Source: Mobula hypostoma
Lineage: Eukaryota
Length of the DNA: 64,000 nucleotides
NCBI RefSeq assembly: GCF_963921235.1
Contig: NC_086097.1
Location: forward strand, 198,464,001 to 198,528,000
Direction: 5' to 3'
Both the position numbers and the translations under genes were made by a program. Under the pieces are notes generated by a model. That model saw only the letters and a list, made by a program, of their open reading frames with translations. It was not told the origin of the DNA and did no database searches. Shown piece by piece: positions 11,281 to 24,714 of the stretch. Every line of letters starts with the position of its first letter. The first letter of the stretch is position 1.

Positions 11281-11734
11281 TCCTCAGATCTGGAAGGCAT
11301 GTTGATGGGGTTGAACTGCTACTGTAAATCAGTGGTAGTAGAAGTGAGGTGAGGGGATGGCATTTTAAAGAAAGTAGGTTACATGGAAAGAACTGGGGAA
11401 GTGGGACGTGTGGGATTTCTCTGATGAGCTAGATGGTCTCTTTCTATGTCATAAGGAAATATGAGACATATGGGCTCCCCACATGAAACATTTAGAGATC
11501 AACCTGAAACCAAGTTCCTTTTGTCACCCACAGTTTTCATATTAATGACCTTCATGTTCCTCCTTTCTCATCTGTGCTCTAACACTGTTCTCTGAAGTTT
11601 TGGGTCCTCTGAGAATGTGAATTTAGGAATACCAAACATAATTAATCCTCATTCCTTTAAGTAGTTGCCCTTCCAGAACATATTATCCACTGATATTATT
11701 AATATGAGCCCAGGTCCATAATGCCTCTGTACTA

Positions 11735-11932
11735 AAGCATCACACACAGAATGCTGGAAGACCTCAGCAAGTTAGGCAGCATCTATGGAGGGGAATAAAC
11801 AATTGACATTTCAGACCCAGTACTCAGTTTATCTCTTCCTATAGATGCTGCCTGGCCTTGCTGAGGTCCTCCAGCATTCTGTGTATGTTGATTTAGATTT
11901 CCAACAGCTGCAGAGACTGTTGTGTTTCTGAA
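11735..11932. mobile_element. Second fold-back element of inverted Penelope terminal repeats
   Basis: Arms ~11743-11786 and ~11840-11884 are reverse-complementary. Flanking TGTACTA at 11728-11734 and 11933-11939. Confidence 0.8.
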
Positions 11933-12689
11933 TGTACTAGATTTTTTTTCTCAAGTTCCCTGACTTTTCCACTGATTTACAGGGAGTAACTATAACAAGA
12001 GATATGGAGTTTCAGTCTGCTTGAACCTTCCCTGATAATTGTGATGAGTTGTTGTTTTGTACCATTAATAATGAAATCTTTCATGAGCATATTAATCTAT
12101 TTTATTTATACATGCATTGCAGTCATTGTATAATTGATCTTTGAAAATAACAAACACATATAATTGATCACAGCTAGTAGATTTATTTTGTACTTAGTTA
12201 GAATAAGCTGAAGAATATGCTGCTTTCAGCCTTCTGTTCTCAGTTTTGGATCTCAGTGTTCTTGGCCAAGTATTAAGGCATCTTTTCAGTTGCCCTTGTT
12301 TCCTGCAGGTCACCCTTTAAAAAAAAAGGCTTCATCTGCTCACTGTTTGATCCAATCTGTTGTTCATTTTCTCCATCTGTGTAAACCAAATTTTCTCATA
12401 TTTAATAATGGCAACATTATCAAAGATTGTTCTGCTTTTCTACCATTTTGGCACTCTTTGACCATCAAAGATGTGAAGCTATCGGTCAAAGGGAAAATCA
12501 CCACATTAAAGTTAAATCCGATTTGTTCTTTCTGAAAACTTCAGCTGCATCATTTAGTGTGTGTTTGGTGCAATGTTATTAATCTCAAATGATTCTCTTC
12601 ATAATTCACTCATCATTCATGTCGAAACTAATAATAAAAAGATTATTCTCATGGAAACAGTGAATTTACTGCGCTATCCTAAGTGTCTC

Positions 12690-13370
12690 TTTGCAGACAA
12701 GTCTGAGAGGATTGGATAGAGACAACATGGATTTATAAAAGGGAAATCACATCTGATAAGTCTGTTGGAGCCTTTTGAGGCTGTCACTATCAGTATCAAT
12801 GAGCACAACCCAGTTGATGTGTTGTGCTGTGACTTTCAGGTATTTGATAGGATCCCACACAAGAGTTATTAAGAGAGTGCAGGATATTGGGGGTAATATT
12901 CTGGTGTTGATTGAGGATTTGTTTGCAGGCAAAAATAGAGAGTTTGAATAAAAGGGTGATTTCCATTTAAGAGGCTATGATTCATGGGGTGCTCCAGGCA
13001 TCATTGCTGGTCACTGTCTGTATCAGTGATTCAAATAAGAAAAACCAAGTTTGTTAACGTTAGTATGGGTGTAAGGAAATTGCAGAGAAGGATCACTTGC
13101 AAAAGAGAGATTGTAGCAAAAATTTGCCAGATTAATTTCTAGGATAGTGAGTTTATCATAACAGGACTGAATAAACAGATTGGGGCTATGTACTCTCCTG
13201 AGCTTAGAAGAATGAGATGGGTAAATTACAACATGATGAAAGATTGAAAGGTCTTCGTATTCAAAGGGAGGTGTCTGTCCTAATGCTCAGATTGTATGAA
13301 AGAACAACAAGCAATTTAGGAAAACAAACAAGAATGTTGGATTTGAGCACAAAGGTAGAGACAGTCTGAT
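12690..13370 (+). mobile_element. Highly decayed CR1 RT fragments
   Basis: CAACATGGATTTATAAAAGGGAAATCACATCTGA (QHGF.KGKS.L) plus later CR1-like blocks. Confidence 0.65.
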
Positions 13371-13524
13371 ATGACGATCTGGAATTTTGCAAAGTATGAA
13401 AGACAAGCAGGAGTGCGGGAAATACTCAGCAGTTCAAGTAGCATTTGTGGGAAGAGAAACAGTTTCAGAGTTAGGAAAGTGAGGAAACAAGTTATTTCAA
13501 GTTGCAGAGAAGATTAAAAAGACA

Positions 13525-14620
13525 GGGTGGTAGATGTTCCTACATGGACTTTAGCAAGGCTCATGGTGGGCTGGTCCGGAAGTATAGATCACATGTGATC
13601 CAGTGTGAACTAGCCAATTGGATAGAAAATTGGCTTAGTAGTGGGAGGCAGAGGATAATATTGGAGAGTTGTTTTTCAGACTGGAAGCCTTCATCAGTGG
13701 TCTACCACAGAGATTGTACTGAATTCCCTGTTTGTCACGTATGTTAATGATTTGGATGAGACCATTGGTGGCATGTTTGGTAATTTTGCTGGTGACATCA
13801 AACTTTGTGGTGAAATGATCAAATAAGGTTGTTTAAGGTTGCAACAGGATTTATATTTACTGGGGTAGCGGGCAAAGGAATGGCAGATTGGTTGAAACCA
13901 GAGAGGTGTGAAGTAATGAATTTTGGGAAGTTAAACCAGAGCAGGGCATTTACTGGAAAGGTCATGGAGAGAGCTGTAGATCAAAGAGAGACTTAATGTA
14001 CATGTACTGTACGTAGATTATCTGAAAGTAGTGACACGCGCAGAGATGGAGGTGAAGAAAGTATTTGGCAAGCTTGCCTTCATTAGTCAGGGCATTGAGA
14101 ACAGGATTTGTGATGTCATGTTACAACTGTTCAAGATGTTGGTGAGACAGCAATTGGAATATTGTGTGCATTTCTGGTCACAATGCCATAGGAAAGATAT
14201 AATTAAGCTAGAGAGGGTTACTGGGAGTGGAAGGCTTGAGCTATAAGAAAAGATTACATAAATGGAGCCTGTTTTTCTGGTGCAAAGGAGGCTGAAGGAA
14301 GACATTATTGAGGTTTATTAAATAAGGTAGATAGTTTCAGTTTTTTTCCTAGGGTCAAGGAGTTTAAAACTTGAGAGCTTTGTTTTAAGGTGAGAGGGAA
14401 GGATTTAAAGGAGATCAGAGGTGCAAGATTTTTTCCACACGGAGGGTGATGGGTATTTGAGGGAGAAAACTGCCGGAAGAAATGGTTAAAGGTATTTGGG
14501 CAGGTTTATGTATAGGAATGGTTTAGAGGGGTATGGGCCAAATGGAGGCAAATAAGACTTAACTGTCTCCTTGCTTGGTATGAGATGAAGTGTCTGTTCC
14601 TGGGTTGTACAATGCCATAG
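13525..14620 (+). mobile_element. Decayed 5'-truncated CR1
   Basis: 'YMDFSKA', 'LANWIENWL', 'LVRQQLEYCVHFWS', plus a CR1-type 3' UTR. Confidence 0.85.
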
Positions 14621-15789
14621 CTATTATGCATGGGTAGGACAATGGCAATATGTCTGGGGTGTGGGGGGTGAGGACAAGGATTCCATGTGATAAGCTATTG
14701 ATTAAATCATCTAATGAATAAGATAACCAGGGTAGTTAGAGAGAAAAAACAAACAAATGAGCATGTAAAACAGAAAAGTTCGTATCAGAACTGTAGGAAG
14801 AGCAAGCAGTTTGCACAGAGTTAGTGCAATGAGAAAAATGAGTTATTATTGATGGATAAACTTTAACAGAACTGGGCAGTCGAGATACAAACAGAAAAAA
14901 CAAATTATCTGAAATTGTTGAAGTTGATATTGAGTTGAAAAGATTGAAATGTGTCCAGTGGATAAATTGCTCTTTCTCAAGCTTACAATGATCTTTTTTT
15001 TTACCTTATTGTAGGAGGCTATAGACTGACAAATTAGAGTGGAAAAGAGATAGGAATTACAGTTGCAGTCAACTGGAAACTGTGGGTGTCTCTGGTGACA
15101 GAATGAAGATTTTCTGTAAAAAAAACACACACCCCAATCTGTGTTTAGCATCAGACGTATTCACAGTTATAGATGGAAAGGAACTATATTAAGAAAGGAA
15201 GGTTGGAGTCAAGGAGGGAAGAAGTAAGAACAGGTTGAAATAATGGGTCTGTCTGCAACAATATGGTAGATACTTTTTAGTAAAAGGTATCAGCTCTATT
15301 ATACATTTATTATTTCAATTTCTATTGTGATTATGTTTGTGCCTTATTGCTCCTGTTTATCTTGCTTAGAAATAAATCTATCAATGGACCTAAGCATTAG
15401 TCATAACATTCGGTATTCAGCACCTTTTGAAGAGAAATAGCATAAATATACATAATTTTCTGTGGTCACTATCAAAGTAAATGAATAAATATTATTTGTG
15501 ACCATACCGTCGAATAATAAGAAAAATATGCTTGAATGCTTTTCTGCAGAATAGGCTTTCAGATGTAAAATTGTTCACATTAACATTCCTTACACAGTCT
15601 TTGATAAGCTACTGGACTAGATCACGCTGACCTGGTCCCCATGTCGGGAAGTACCATCTGCTCAGAGTGCTTGAAAGTTCATTGTTGTGAAACTGAATGA
15701 CTCGCATGATTATAAAGCAATTGAAGATTGATTACCTCAGAATTTGCATATATAGACTTTGTATTTTAATAAATACATTTCATTTATCA

Positions 15790-17030
15790 TTCTGCATATG
15801 GATTTTAGCAAGGCATTTGACAAGGTTCCCTTTGGTAGAAAGTCAGGAGACATGAACCCAGGGAAACTTGGCGCATGGATTTGGAATTAGCTTGCTCACA
15901 GAAGGCAGAAGGTGGAAATAAATGGATTGTATTCTGCCAGGAGCTCTATCACTAGTGGTGTTCTGCAAGGATCTGTTCTGAGACCTCTGTTCTTCATGAT
16001 TTTTACAAATGACTAAGATGAGGAAGTGGAAGGGTGAGCTAGTAAGTTTGCAGATGACATGAAGGTTAGTGGTGTAATGGAAGAGGAAAATGTTGTCATA
16101 GGTTACAGTGGGACATTGACAGGATGCAGGGCTGGGCTGAGAAGTGGCAGATGGAGTTCAACCTAGAAAAGTGAGATATAATTTACTTTGGAAGGTCGAA
16201 CTTGATGGCAGAGTACAAAGTTAAGGATTCTTATCCATGTAGACTTGGGGTCCACATTCATAGATTGTTCAAAGTTGCTTTGCAAGTTGATAGGGTGTGT
16301 CATGGTCCAGACTGAACAGCAACAGGCATCCAAGTTTCAGTGCTCCAATTCCCCAGAGTACTGTTAGCTGCCGCTCTCCCTTTAAGACTTGGTCTGCAGT
16401 TATTTCCTGCCACATTTCTTCATGGTAAGTCTATACTTAAAGGCCTCGTGCTGAGCATTCAGTGCTCAATCATAGGAGTTATATTTCTATTGCTACAGAT
16501 TGTGATTTTGCCTTTAGATTTCATTTGTGTTGTCTTGTTTACTTCAAGTCTGAGTGTCAGTCTATTCTAGACCTCACTCGACACTTGGGGACACATCATC
16601 CATAGTTCTCTCATCACAAGGGTGGTTAAGAAGGTATATAGTGTATTGGCCTTCATTAGTCACGAGATACATGTCAGGAACTGCAAGATAATGTTGCAGT
16701 TCTATAAAACTCTGCTTAGACAACATGGAGAATTGTATTTAGTTTTGGTTGCCTCATTATAGGAAGGATGTGGAAGCCTCAGAGAGAGTGCAAAGGAGAC
16801 TTAAGAGGATGCTGCCTGGATTAGAGTGCATGTCTTATGAAGAAAGGTTGAATGAGTTAGGGTTTTTATCTTTGGAGCAAAGAATGGTGAGAGAAGACTA
16901 TAAAAGAATATATTTTTAGTTGACTGGAGGAAAGTATGAGGCGGATGTTGGAGTTAGGTTATTTTACACAGTTAGTAGTAAGTTCATGGAGCACACTGCT
17001 GTGGGTAGTGGTAGAAGGCAAATACATTCG
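15790..17030 (+). mobile_element. CR1 (outermost element of a nested cluster), 5' part
   Basis: YMDFSKAFDKVP, GVLQGSVL and KFADD remnants. Interrupted at 16298 and 17030; the 3' end resumes at ~22455. Confidence 0.85.
16298..16618. mobile_element. Probable solo LTR (321 bp)
   Basis: TGTCATG...CATCACA termini. AGGGTG is duplicated at 16292-16297 and 16619-16624, splitting the CR1 sequence GATAGGGTGGTTAAG. Confidence 0.72.
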
Positions 17031-17032
17031 AA

Positions 17033-18178
17033 ACCATAAGACATAAGAGCAGAATTAGGCCATTTGGTCCTTGGAGCCTTCTCTGCCATTCCATCATGGC
17101 TGATTTATTATCCCCCTTAACACCATTCTTTTGCCCTCTCCCTGTAACCTTTGACACCCTTACTAATAAAGAACCTAACAAACTTTAAATATAACCTATG
17201 TCTTGGCCTCTACAGCCATCTGTGGAAATCACAGGCTAAAGAAGTTCCTCTTCATATATGTTCTAAAGGGACATCCTTGCATTCTGAGACTGTGCCCTCT
17301 GGACCTAGACTCCCCTACTAAAGGAAACATCCTCTTCACATCCAATCTATCTAGCACTTTCAATGGAATCAGATCCAGAAACTAGTTTAATATCACTGGC
17401 ATATTGAGTCACAGAAACAGGCCCTTTGGTGCATCTACTCAATGTCCAACCATCTGAACTGCCTAGTCCCATTGGCCTGCTCCCAGACCATAGCCCTCCA
17501 TATCCCTCCCATCAATGTACCTATCCAAACTTCTCTTAAATATTGAAATCAAGCTCGCATGCATCACTTGTGCTGGCAGCTCGTTCCACACTCTCATGAC
17601 CCTCTGAAAGAAGAAGATTCCCCTCATGTTCCCCTTAAAGATTTTACCTTTCACCCCTAGCACATGACCTCTAGTTGTAGTCCCACCCAAGCTCAGTGGA
17701 AAAAATTCTGCTTCCATTTACGCTAACTATACCCCTGATTATTTTGTATAGCTCCATCAAATATGTCATGAAATTTGTTGTTTTTCAGCTTTCAGTTACA
17801 CATTTCAATGATATTCTCCCTCATTCTTCTAAACTCCAGCAAGTATAGGGCCAGAGCCATCATATGCTCCTTATATGTTAACCTATTCATTCCTGTGAAC
17901 CTCCTCTGCAATGCCAGCACATTCTTTCTTAGATAAGGGCCCAGAACTGCTCAGAATATCCAAGCATGATCTGACCAATTTCTTATAAGGCCTCAGAATT
18001 ACATCCTTGTTTTTATATTCTAGTCTTCTCAAAATGAATGCTAACATTTCATTTGCCTTCCCTACCACCGACTCAACCTGTAAATTAATCTTTAAGAAAT
18101 CCAGAACAAAGACCCCCAAGTCCTTTTGCACCTCTGATTTCTGAAGTTTCTCCCCGTTCAGAAAATAGTCTATGCTTT
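17033..18178 (-). mobile_element. CR1 3' part, itself interrupted at ~17365-17800 by a Rex1-type tail and another CR1 fragment (~17405-17760)
   Basis: Tail ACCATAAGACATAAGAGC at 17033. ORFs 17883-18287 and 17463-17717 contain CR1 ORF2 remnants. Confidence 0.82.
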
Positions 18179-18179
18179 T

Positions 18180-21100
18180 TTTTTGGCGGGCTGAAATCTG
18201 TGCAGGGCCAATAAAAAGAACAAATTTGTAAGCAGAGCTGCTATTGTTGAAGAGGCCTAGTGTTGGAGTGGTGTGACTTTGGCTCAACAGGCTTGAACAA
18301 GAAGAAGTGGAGGTTTTAACTAATTAAGTAAGAATGTTTTTCTGTTAGTACATAGCTAGAATTGATCCAGACGTAGTTGTATGTTCCTTGTATAAGATGT
18401 GGAAAATGTGGGAGACCTCCAGTCTCCCTGTTAACTACATCCTCACGAAGTGCATTGAGTTCGGCTCATTAGAGACTGTTAATAAAATGGAACTGCAGCT
18501 GGATAACCTTCGACACATACAGAAAAATGAGGTGATAGGAGCTACAGGGAGGTAGTCACCACTAAATTACAGGAGGAAGGTACCTGGGTGACGGTCAGGA
18601 GAGGGAAAGTGATTAGGCAACCAGTACAGAATACTCCTGTGGCTGTTCCCCTCGATAATACATATGCCACTTGAATACTGTTGGGAGGTGATGTGTCAGG
18701 AGGAAGCTACAGTGAACAGGCTCTGAGGCTCAAGTTGGAAGGGGGAAGAGGAGGAGTGGTGTAGTGATAAAGGATTCCATATTAGAGGAGCTGAAAGTAG
18801 AGTTGGTAGACATGAAAGAGACACCCATATGGTATGTTGCCTCCTGGGTGCCAGGGTCAGTGATGTCTCGGGTTGGTCTATGGCATTCTGAAGGGAAGGA
18901 TGAACAACCAGAAGTCATGGTACATAAAGGTACCAATGACATAGGTAGGAAAATGGAGAAGCCCCTGAAGAGAGAATATAGGGAGTTAGAGAGAAAGCTG
19001 AAAAGCAGGACCTCCAGGATAGTAATCTCTGGATTACTGCCTGTGCCACATGTCAGTGAGGGTAAGAATAGGGTGATTTAGCAGATGAATGCATGGCTGA
19101 GGAATTGGTGCAGGGAGCAGGGTTTCAGATTTCTGAATGATTGGGAACTCTTCTGGGGAAGGTATGATCTCTACAAAAAACGATGGGTTACACCTGTACC
19201 AGAGGGTACCAATATCCTTGCGGACAGGTTTGAGAGAGATTTTGGGAAGGGTTTAAACTAATTTGGCAGGGAGATGGGAACTGGAGTGATAGGGCTGAGG
19301 ATGGGGCAGTAGGTATACAACTAGATGGAGTGTGTAGTGCAGCTGTGAGGAAGAACAGGCAGATGATAGGGCGAAATTACAGTCAGTGCGATGAGTTACA
19401 GTATAACAGCGGGCCAAAATCAAAAAGGGTGATGAATATAGGACTGGAAGTGTTATATCTGAAAGCATGCAGTATAGGGAATATGGAAGATGATCTTGTG
19501 GTGCATTTAGAGATTGGTAGGTATGATGTTGTGGGCATCTCTGAGGCATGGCTGAAAGAAGATCATAGTTGGGAGCTGAATATCCAAGGATACACATTGT
19601 ATTGAAATGACAGGCAGGTAGGCAGATGGGGTGGGATGGCTCTATTGGTAAAGAATGAAATCGAATCCTTGAAAAGAGGGTGCCACAGGATCAGAAGATG
19701 TAGAATCCCTGTGGGTAGAGTTAAGAAACAGCAAGGGTAAAAAGATCCTGAAGGGTGTTATATACAGGCCTCCAACAATAGCCGAGATGTGGGCTACAAA
19801 TTACAATGGAAGGTAGAAGAGACTTGTAAAAAGGGCTATGTTGCAATTATCATGGGTGATTTCAATATGCTGGTTGATTTTGAAATTCTGGTTGGTGCTG
19901 GATCCCAAGAGAAGGAATTTGTAAAATGCCAATGAAATGGCTTTTTAGAGTAACTTAAGCCCAGTAGAGGGATGGCAATTCTGGATTGGGTGTGATGTAA
20001 TGAACCAGGTTTGATTAGGAAGCCTAAGTAAAGGAATCCAAAAGAAGCAGTGATCATAATATGATACAATTCACCCTGCAGTTTGAGAAGAAGATGAAAT
20101 TGAATGTATCATTACTACAGTGGAGTAAAGAGAGAGGCATGAAAGAGGAGCAGGCCAAAGTTGATTGGAAGGGGACAGTATCAGGAATAATGGCAGAACA
20201 GCAGTGGCTGGTGTTTTGGGGGAAAATTCAGAAGGTGCAGGAAAGATGATGCAACACACATATATTTCCAGCATCAGCAGGTTTTCTCTTGTTCGTGATT
20301 TCCCAAAGATGAAGAAGTATTCCAAAGGGAGGATGAGGCAATGGTGGCTGACAAGGGAAGTCAAAGACACTATAAAAGCAAAAGAAAGGGCATATAATGT
20401 AGCAAAATGTAGTGGGTAGATAGAGGATGAGCAAACTTTTAAAAGCCAACAGAAGACAACTACAAAATTTATAAAGTGACAAATGATGAAAAGAGTGAAT
20501 ATCAAACCACTGGAAAATGATGGTGCAGAGGTAGTAATAAGGGAAAAAGAAATCGCAGATGGACTTAATAAATATTTTGCATCAGTGTTCATTGTGGAAG
20601 TCACTAGCAGAATGCCAGGAATACGAAGAGCATCTGGGGGCAGATGAGTGTTGTTGTTGTTACTGAGGAGAAGGTGCTTGGGAAGCTGAAAAGCCTGAAG
20701 GTAGATAAGTCACATAGAACAGATGGACTACACCCCAAGTTCTGAAAGAGGTAGCTAATGAGATTGTGCAGGCATTAGTAACATTCTTTCAAAAATCACT
20801 AAATTCTGGAATGGTTCCTGAGGCCTGGAAATTTGCAAAGGTCACTTCACTCTAAGCAGAGAGGGAGACAAAAAAAGGGAAATCATAGGCCATTTAGCCT
20901 GACTTCAGTGGTTGGAAATATGTTGCAGTATGTTATTATGGATGATGTTTTGGGATACTTGAAGGTATGTGATAAAATAGGCCAAAGTTAGCCAATGGTT
21001 TTCTAAAGGGGATATCTTGTCTGTTGGAATTCTTTGAAGATATAACAGACAGGATAGACATAGGAGAGTCAGTGGATGTTCTTTATCTGGATTTGCAAAA

Positions 21101-22174
21101 GGCACTTGACAAGGTGCACATGAGGCTGCTTAACAAGATAAAAGCTGGAAAGGTATGAATAGAAGATTGGTTGATTGGCAGGAGGCAAAGAGGGAGAATA
21201 AAGGGAGCCTTTTATATCAGGCTACTGGTGACTAATGGTGCGCTACAGGGGCTGGTGTTGAGACTGCTTTTATCACATTATAAGTCAATGTCTTGGATGA
21301 AGGAATTGATAGCTTTGTGGCCAAGTTTGCAGATGATACAAAGATAGGTGGAGGGGCAGGTAGTTTTGAGGAAGCAGGGTATCTGCAGAAGGACTTAGAC
21401 AACTTAAGGGAAATGGTCAAAGAAGTGGCAGATGGAATATAAAGTAGGGAATTGCATGGTCATGCAATTTAGCAGAAGGAATAAAGTTGTAGACTATTTT
21501 CCAAATGGGGAGAAAATTAGCTTGCAGATTGGCAAGCAAATGGAATGTTAGCATTTACGTATTTTGGGTAGACTAGAATATAAAACCAAGGATGTAATGC
21601 TGAGGCTCTATAAGGCATTGGTCAGAACATACTTGGAGTATTGTGAGCAGTTTGGGGCCCCTCATCTGAGAAAAGATGGGCTAGCATACAAAAGGATCCA
21701 CGGAAGGTTCATGAGAATGATTCCAGGAATGAAATGGTTAATATATAAGTAGTGTTTGATAGCTCTGGGCCTGTACTCACTGGAGTTTAGAAGAATGAGG
21801 GAGGATCTCATTGCAGCCTATTGAATATTGAAAGTGGATGTGGAGAGGATGACTCCTATACTGGGGGAGTCTAGGATCAGAGGGCACGGCCTTGGAATCA
21901 AGAGACATTCATTTAGAACAGAGATGAAGAAAAGAATTCTTTAGCCAGAGGGTGGTGCATCTGTGGAATTCATTGGCACATTTGGCTGTGGAGGCCAAGT
22001 CATTGAGTATATTTAAAGCAGAGGCTGTTCTGTTCTTCATTAGTCAAGGTGTCAAAGGTTGCAGGGAAAAGGCAGGAGAATGGGGTTGAGAGAGATAGTA
22101 AATCAGTCATGATGGAATGGTGGAGCAGACTCAATGGGCTGAGTGGCATAATTCTGCTCCTATGTCTTGTGGTC
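18180..22174 (+). mobile_element. Apparently full-length, decayed CR1 (5' UTR, ORF1 with SGNH-esterase remnant, APE-RT ORF2, 3' tail)
   Basis: ORF1 'VMVHKGTNDIGRK' and 'DGLHL'. APE 'YDVVGISEAWL' and 'IMGDFN'. RT 'AKFADD' and 'LYKALVRTYLEYC'. Tail CCTATGTCTTGTGGTC. The host CR1 is split at CTTT on both sides. Many stops and frameshifts. Confidence 0.88.
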
Positions 22175-22445
22175 TTTATTCCTTCTACCAAAGTGCATAA
22201 CCATACACTTCCCTACACTGTTTTTCATTTGCCACTTACTTATCCATTCTCCTAATCTGACTAAATCCTTCAGCAAACTCCCTGCTTCCTTTGCTTGCAA
22301 ACTTGGCCACAGGGTCATCAATTCCATCATGCAATTCATTGATATAGAAATTGAAAAGAAGCAGTCCATATACTGATTCCTGTGGAACACCACTCATCAG
22401 CAGCAGCCAACCAGAAGAAGCCCCTTTATTCTCACTCTTCGCCTC
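22175..22445 (-). mobile_element. Upstream continuation of the minus-strand CR1 at 17033-18178
   Basis: 'LVRLGEWISKWQMKNSVGKCMVMHFGRRN' joins directly to 'IDYFLNGEKL' at ~18175. Confidence 0.82.
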
Positions 22446-22454
22446 ATATCTCCT

Positions 22455-22622
22455 GGATGTTTAAGCCTCTTAGGTAAGCATATGGATGAAAGAAAAATGG
22501 AAGGACATGTGGGAGGGAGGGGTTTGATTGATCTCGGAGTAGGTTAAAATGTTGGCACAACACTGTAGGCTGAAGGGCCTGTACTGTGCTGTAGTCTCCT
22601 ATGTTCTACGTTCTATATTCTA
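22455..22622 (+). mobile_element. 3' end of the CR1 starting at 15790
   Basis: GGCTGAAGGGCCTGTACTGTGCTGTAG followed by a (TTCTATG)-like tail. Confidence 0.75.
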
Positions 22623-22899
22623 ATAAGTGTCTATACTTTTAAGTAATAATCTGCTCCCTAAATATCAAAGACTGAATTGCAAATGAGTACTCATTCCAAA
22701 TCTTTCTGCAATTACTCACTCATTCTGAACCAAGCAGTGTGCAGTACTGATGTCCTGCTTGATCCTGAGCTGAAGTGAAGCAAGTATCCAATCAACCACT
22801 GAGTTAAACATTTGATGGCCCAACACTGCTTTCTTGCCTTCTTTTAAAAAAATAAAAAAAAAATGCAGATACTGGAAGTCTGAAATATACTTGAAAAAC

Positions 22900-23350
22900 T
22901 GTCACCTACCCTTATCTAATCCTCATCCTTGTCAGCTTTGTCATCTTCTAGCTTGATTTCTTCCACACTGCTTTTCAGTTTCTCTCAGTCCTGAGTAATG
23001 AGAATTTCTAGTGATCTAAGTCTCTTCTGCTGGCATCCAACTCACAGTACTTATTACCGTTACATTTCTTTCCTATTCCATTTCATCCTGTTCCCTAAAA
23101 ATGTTAATATTAACTCTGCCTGGTGCTCATAACATTGTCACTATTTGTTCACCCTCCTTATGTCTGCGACATCTAGACCTGAGGGTCATATCAAATCTTC
23201 TGATGTCCCATGCCTGATTTACTTTGTTTCCCTCCATCCATTATATCTTCCACAGTAGAGGCACAAAATGCTTGACTCCTACCTTCCACCTTGTTTTCTC
23301 TCTTTCTCCTCATTAAATGCCTTCTTAGATATTGACTATGTCGCCGCGAA
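22900..23350 (+). mobile_element. Possible ancient L2-like LINE 3' fragment
   Basis: CTCATCCTTGTCAGCTTTGTCATCTTCTAGCTTGATTTC resembles the L2 'LIHAFV.SRLDY' region; very decayed. Confidence 0.35.
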
Positions 23351-24207
23351 GCTTTCCTAATCCTGCTTCTGTTGACCCTCAGCAACTGTTTTCTGCTCAT
23401 AGGATGTTTGCTCTGTGTAAAGGTCCTATATCTGGTCAATTTACTTTGTTTTATAATTTTTAAAAATTATTTCCTCTATGCTCTGAGACTTCCATCCACA
23501 CATAGAGCAGTAATGATGGTTGGCAGGCTATTTGACAATGAGGGACTACAATTGCTGAGCCCAAAATGAGTCACTGAAAGCCGACATGAATTATATAGAA
23601 TTGCATATAATTCACAGCATTAAATGAAGATGCTATCCTCAACAATTCCAGGCCTGCATAAGTTTCTTAATCAAGCCTCCTCCTGTCCTTCCTTGCCTTA
23701 CTCTATCAATATAATCCTTCTTACTGTTATTGACATCAACTTTAACCTCTGCTCATGACTACCACTTTTTTTTATCATTCTCTGGGAACAAAGTTTCTAT
23801 TAATTCTGTATATCATTTCTTGATGAAACATTTGTATTGGTTGTCAACGATTTTACTCTTCCCTTCAAATATAAACACCCTCTGCAATTCACTTTAGCAC
23901 ATGCTCTCTCGAATTGACAACCTTGATTTTCCTTGCAAGAGGAATCGAATGTCTTTATCCTTTCTAAAATCATCCCAGTAATTCTTTATTCCATTCACTC
24001 TAGCAGTACTATATTATTCTCAGAGAACGGTGATGACAGCTGTTACATCAATTCCAATTGAAGCCTGACTGAAGCTTGACACAAACTTAACTTTATTTTG
24101 CCACCTCTTAATTATATCCTGGTAGAAATAAATTTTAACAATAAGTTTGCTCACTTCTGGCCTTACTAACCAATACTGTTACTTAATTTACATTTTGTGT
24201 TTTTGCA

Positions 24208-24400
24208 TCTATAGAACATAGGACAGTACAGCACAGGAACAAGCACTTTGCCACACAATGTTGTGCCAAACCAGTTGAATCAGTAATCAAATGGACAACT
24301 AAACTGATCCCTTCTGTTTACACAATGTCCACATCTTTCCATTTCTTTCACATTCATGTCCCTATGTAAATGTTTCTTAAAAATCTCATATGAATCTGCA
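24208..24400 (-). mobile_element. CR1 3'-end fragment
   Basis: ATAGAACATAGGACAGTACAGCACAGGAAC is the reverse complement of a CR1 tail. Confidence 0.7.
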
Positions 24401-24714
24401 AATTATATCCTTGCTCTCTAAACTCTGTTTTAGATTATTTGCTGTAATATTTAACCATGGTAATTTTAAGAACATGCAACACTTGCATTTATCTATGAAG
24501 AAATTCATTGCCAAAGACCTGCCTATGCTGCAATTTTATTAATGCCTTCTTTTAATTTGTCAGCAGTCTTCTTCAGTCCCCCATCAAACTTGATGACAGG
24601 CACAAATACAGAGATTGCGCATTTGATTCCAAATAACTACTTTATATTCCTTCTCTCAGCTTTTGGTCTTGTAGCCAGCTGGCTAGCCATTCTGCTACTT
24701 GTCACCTGCGGATG

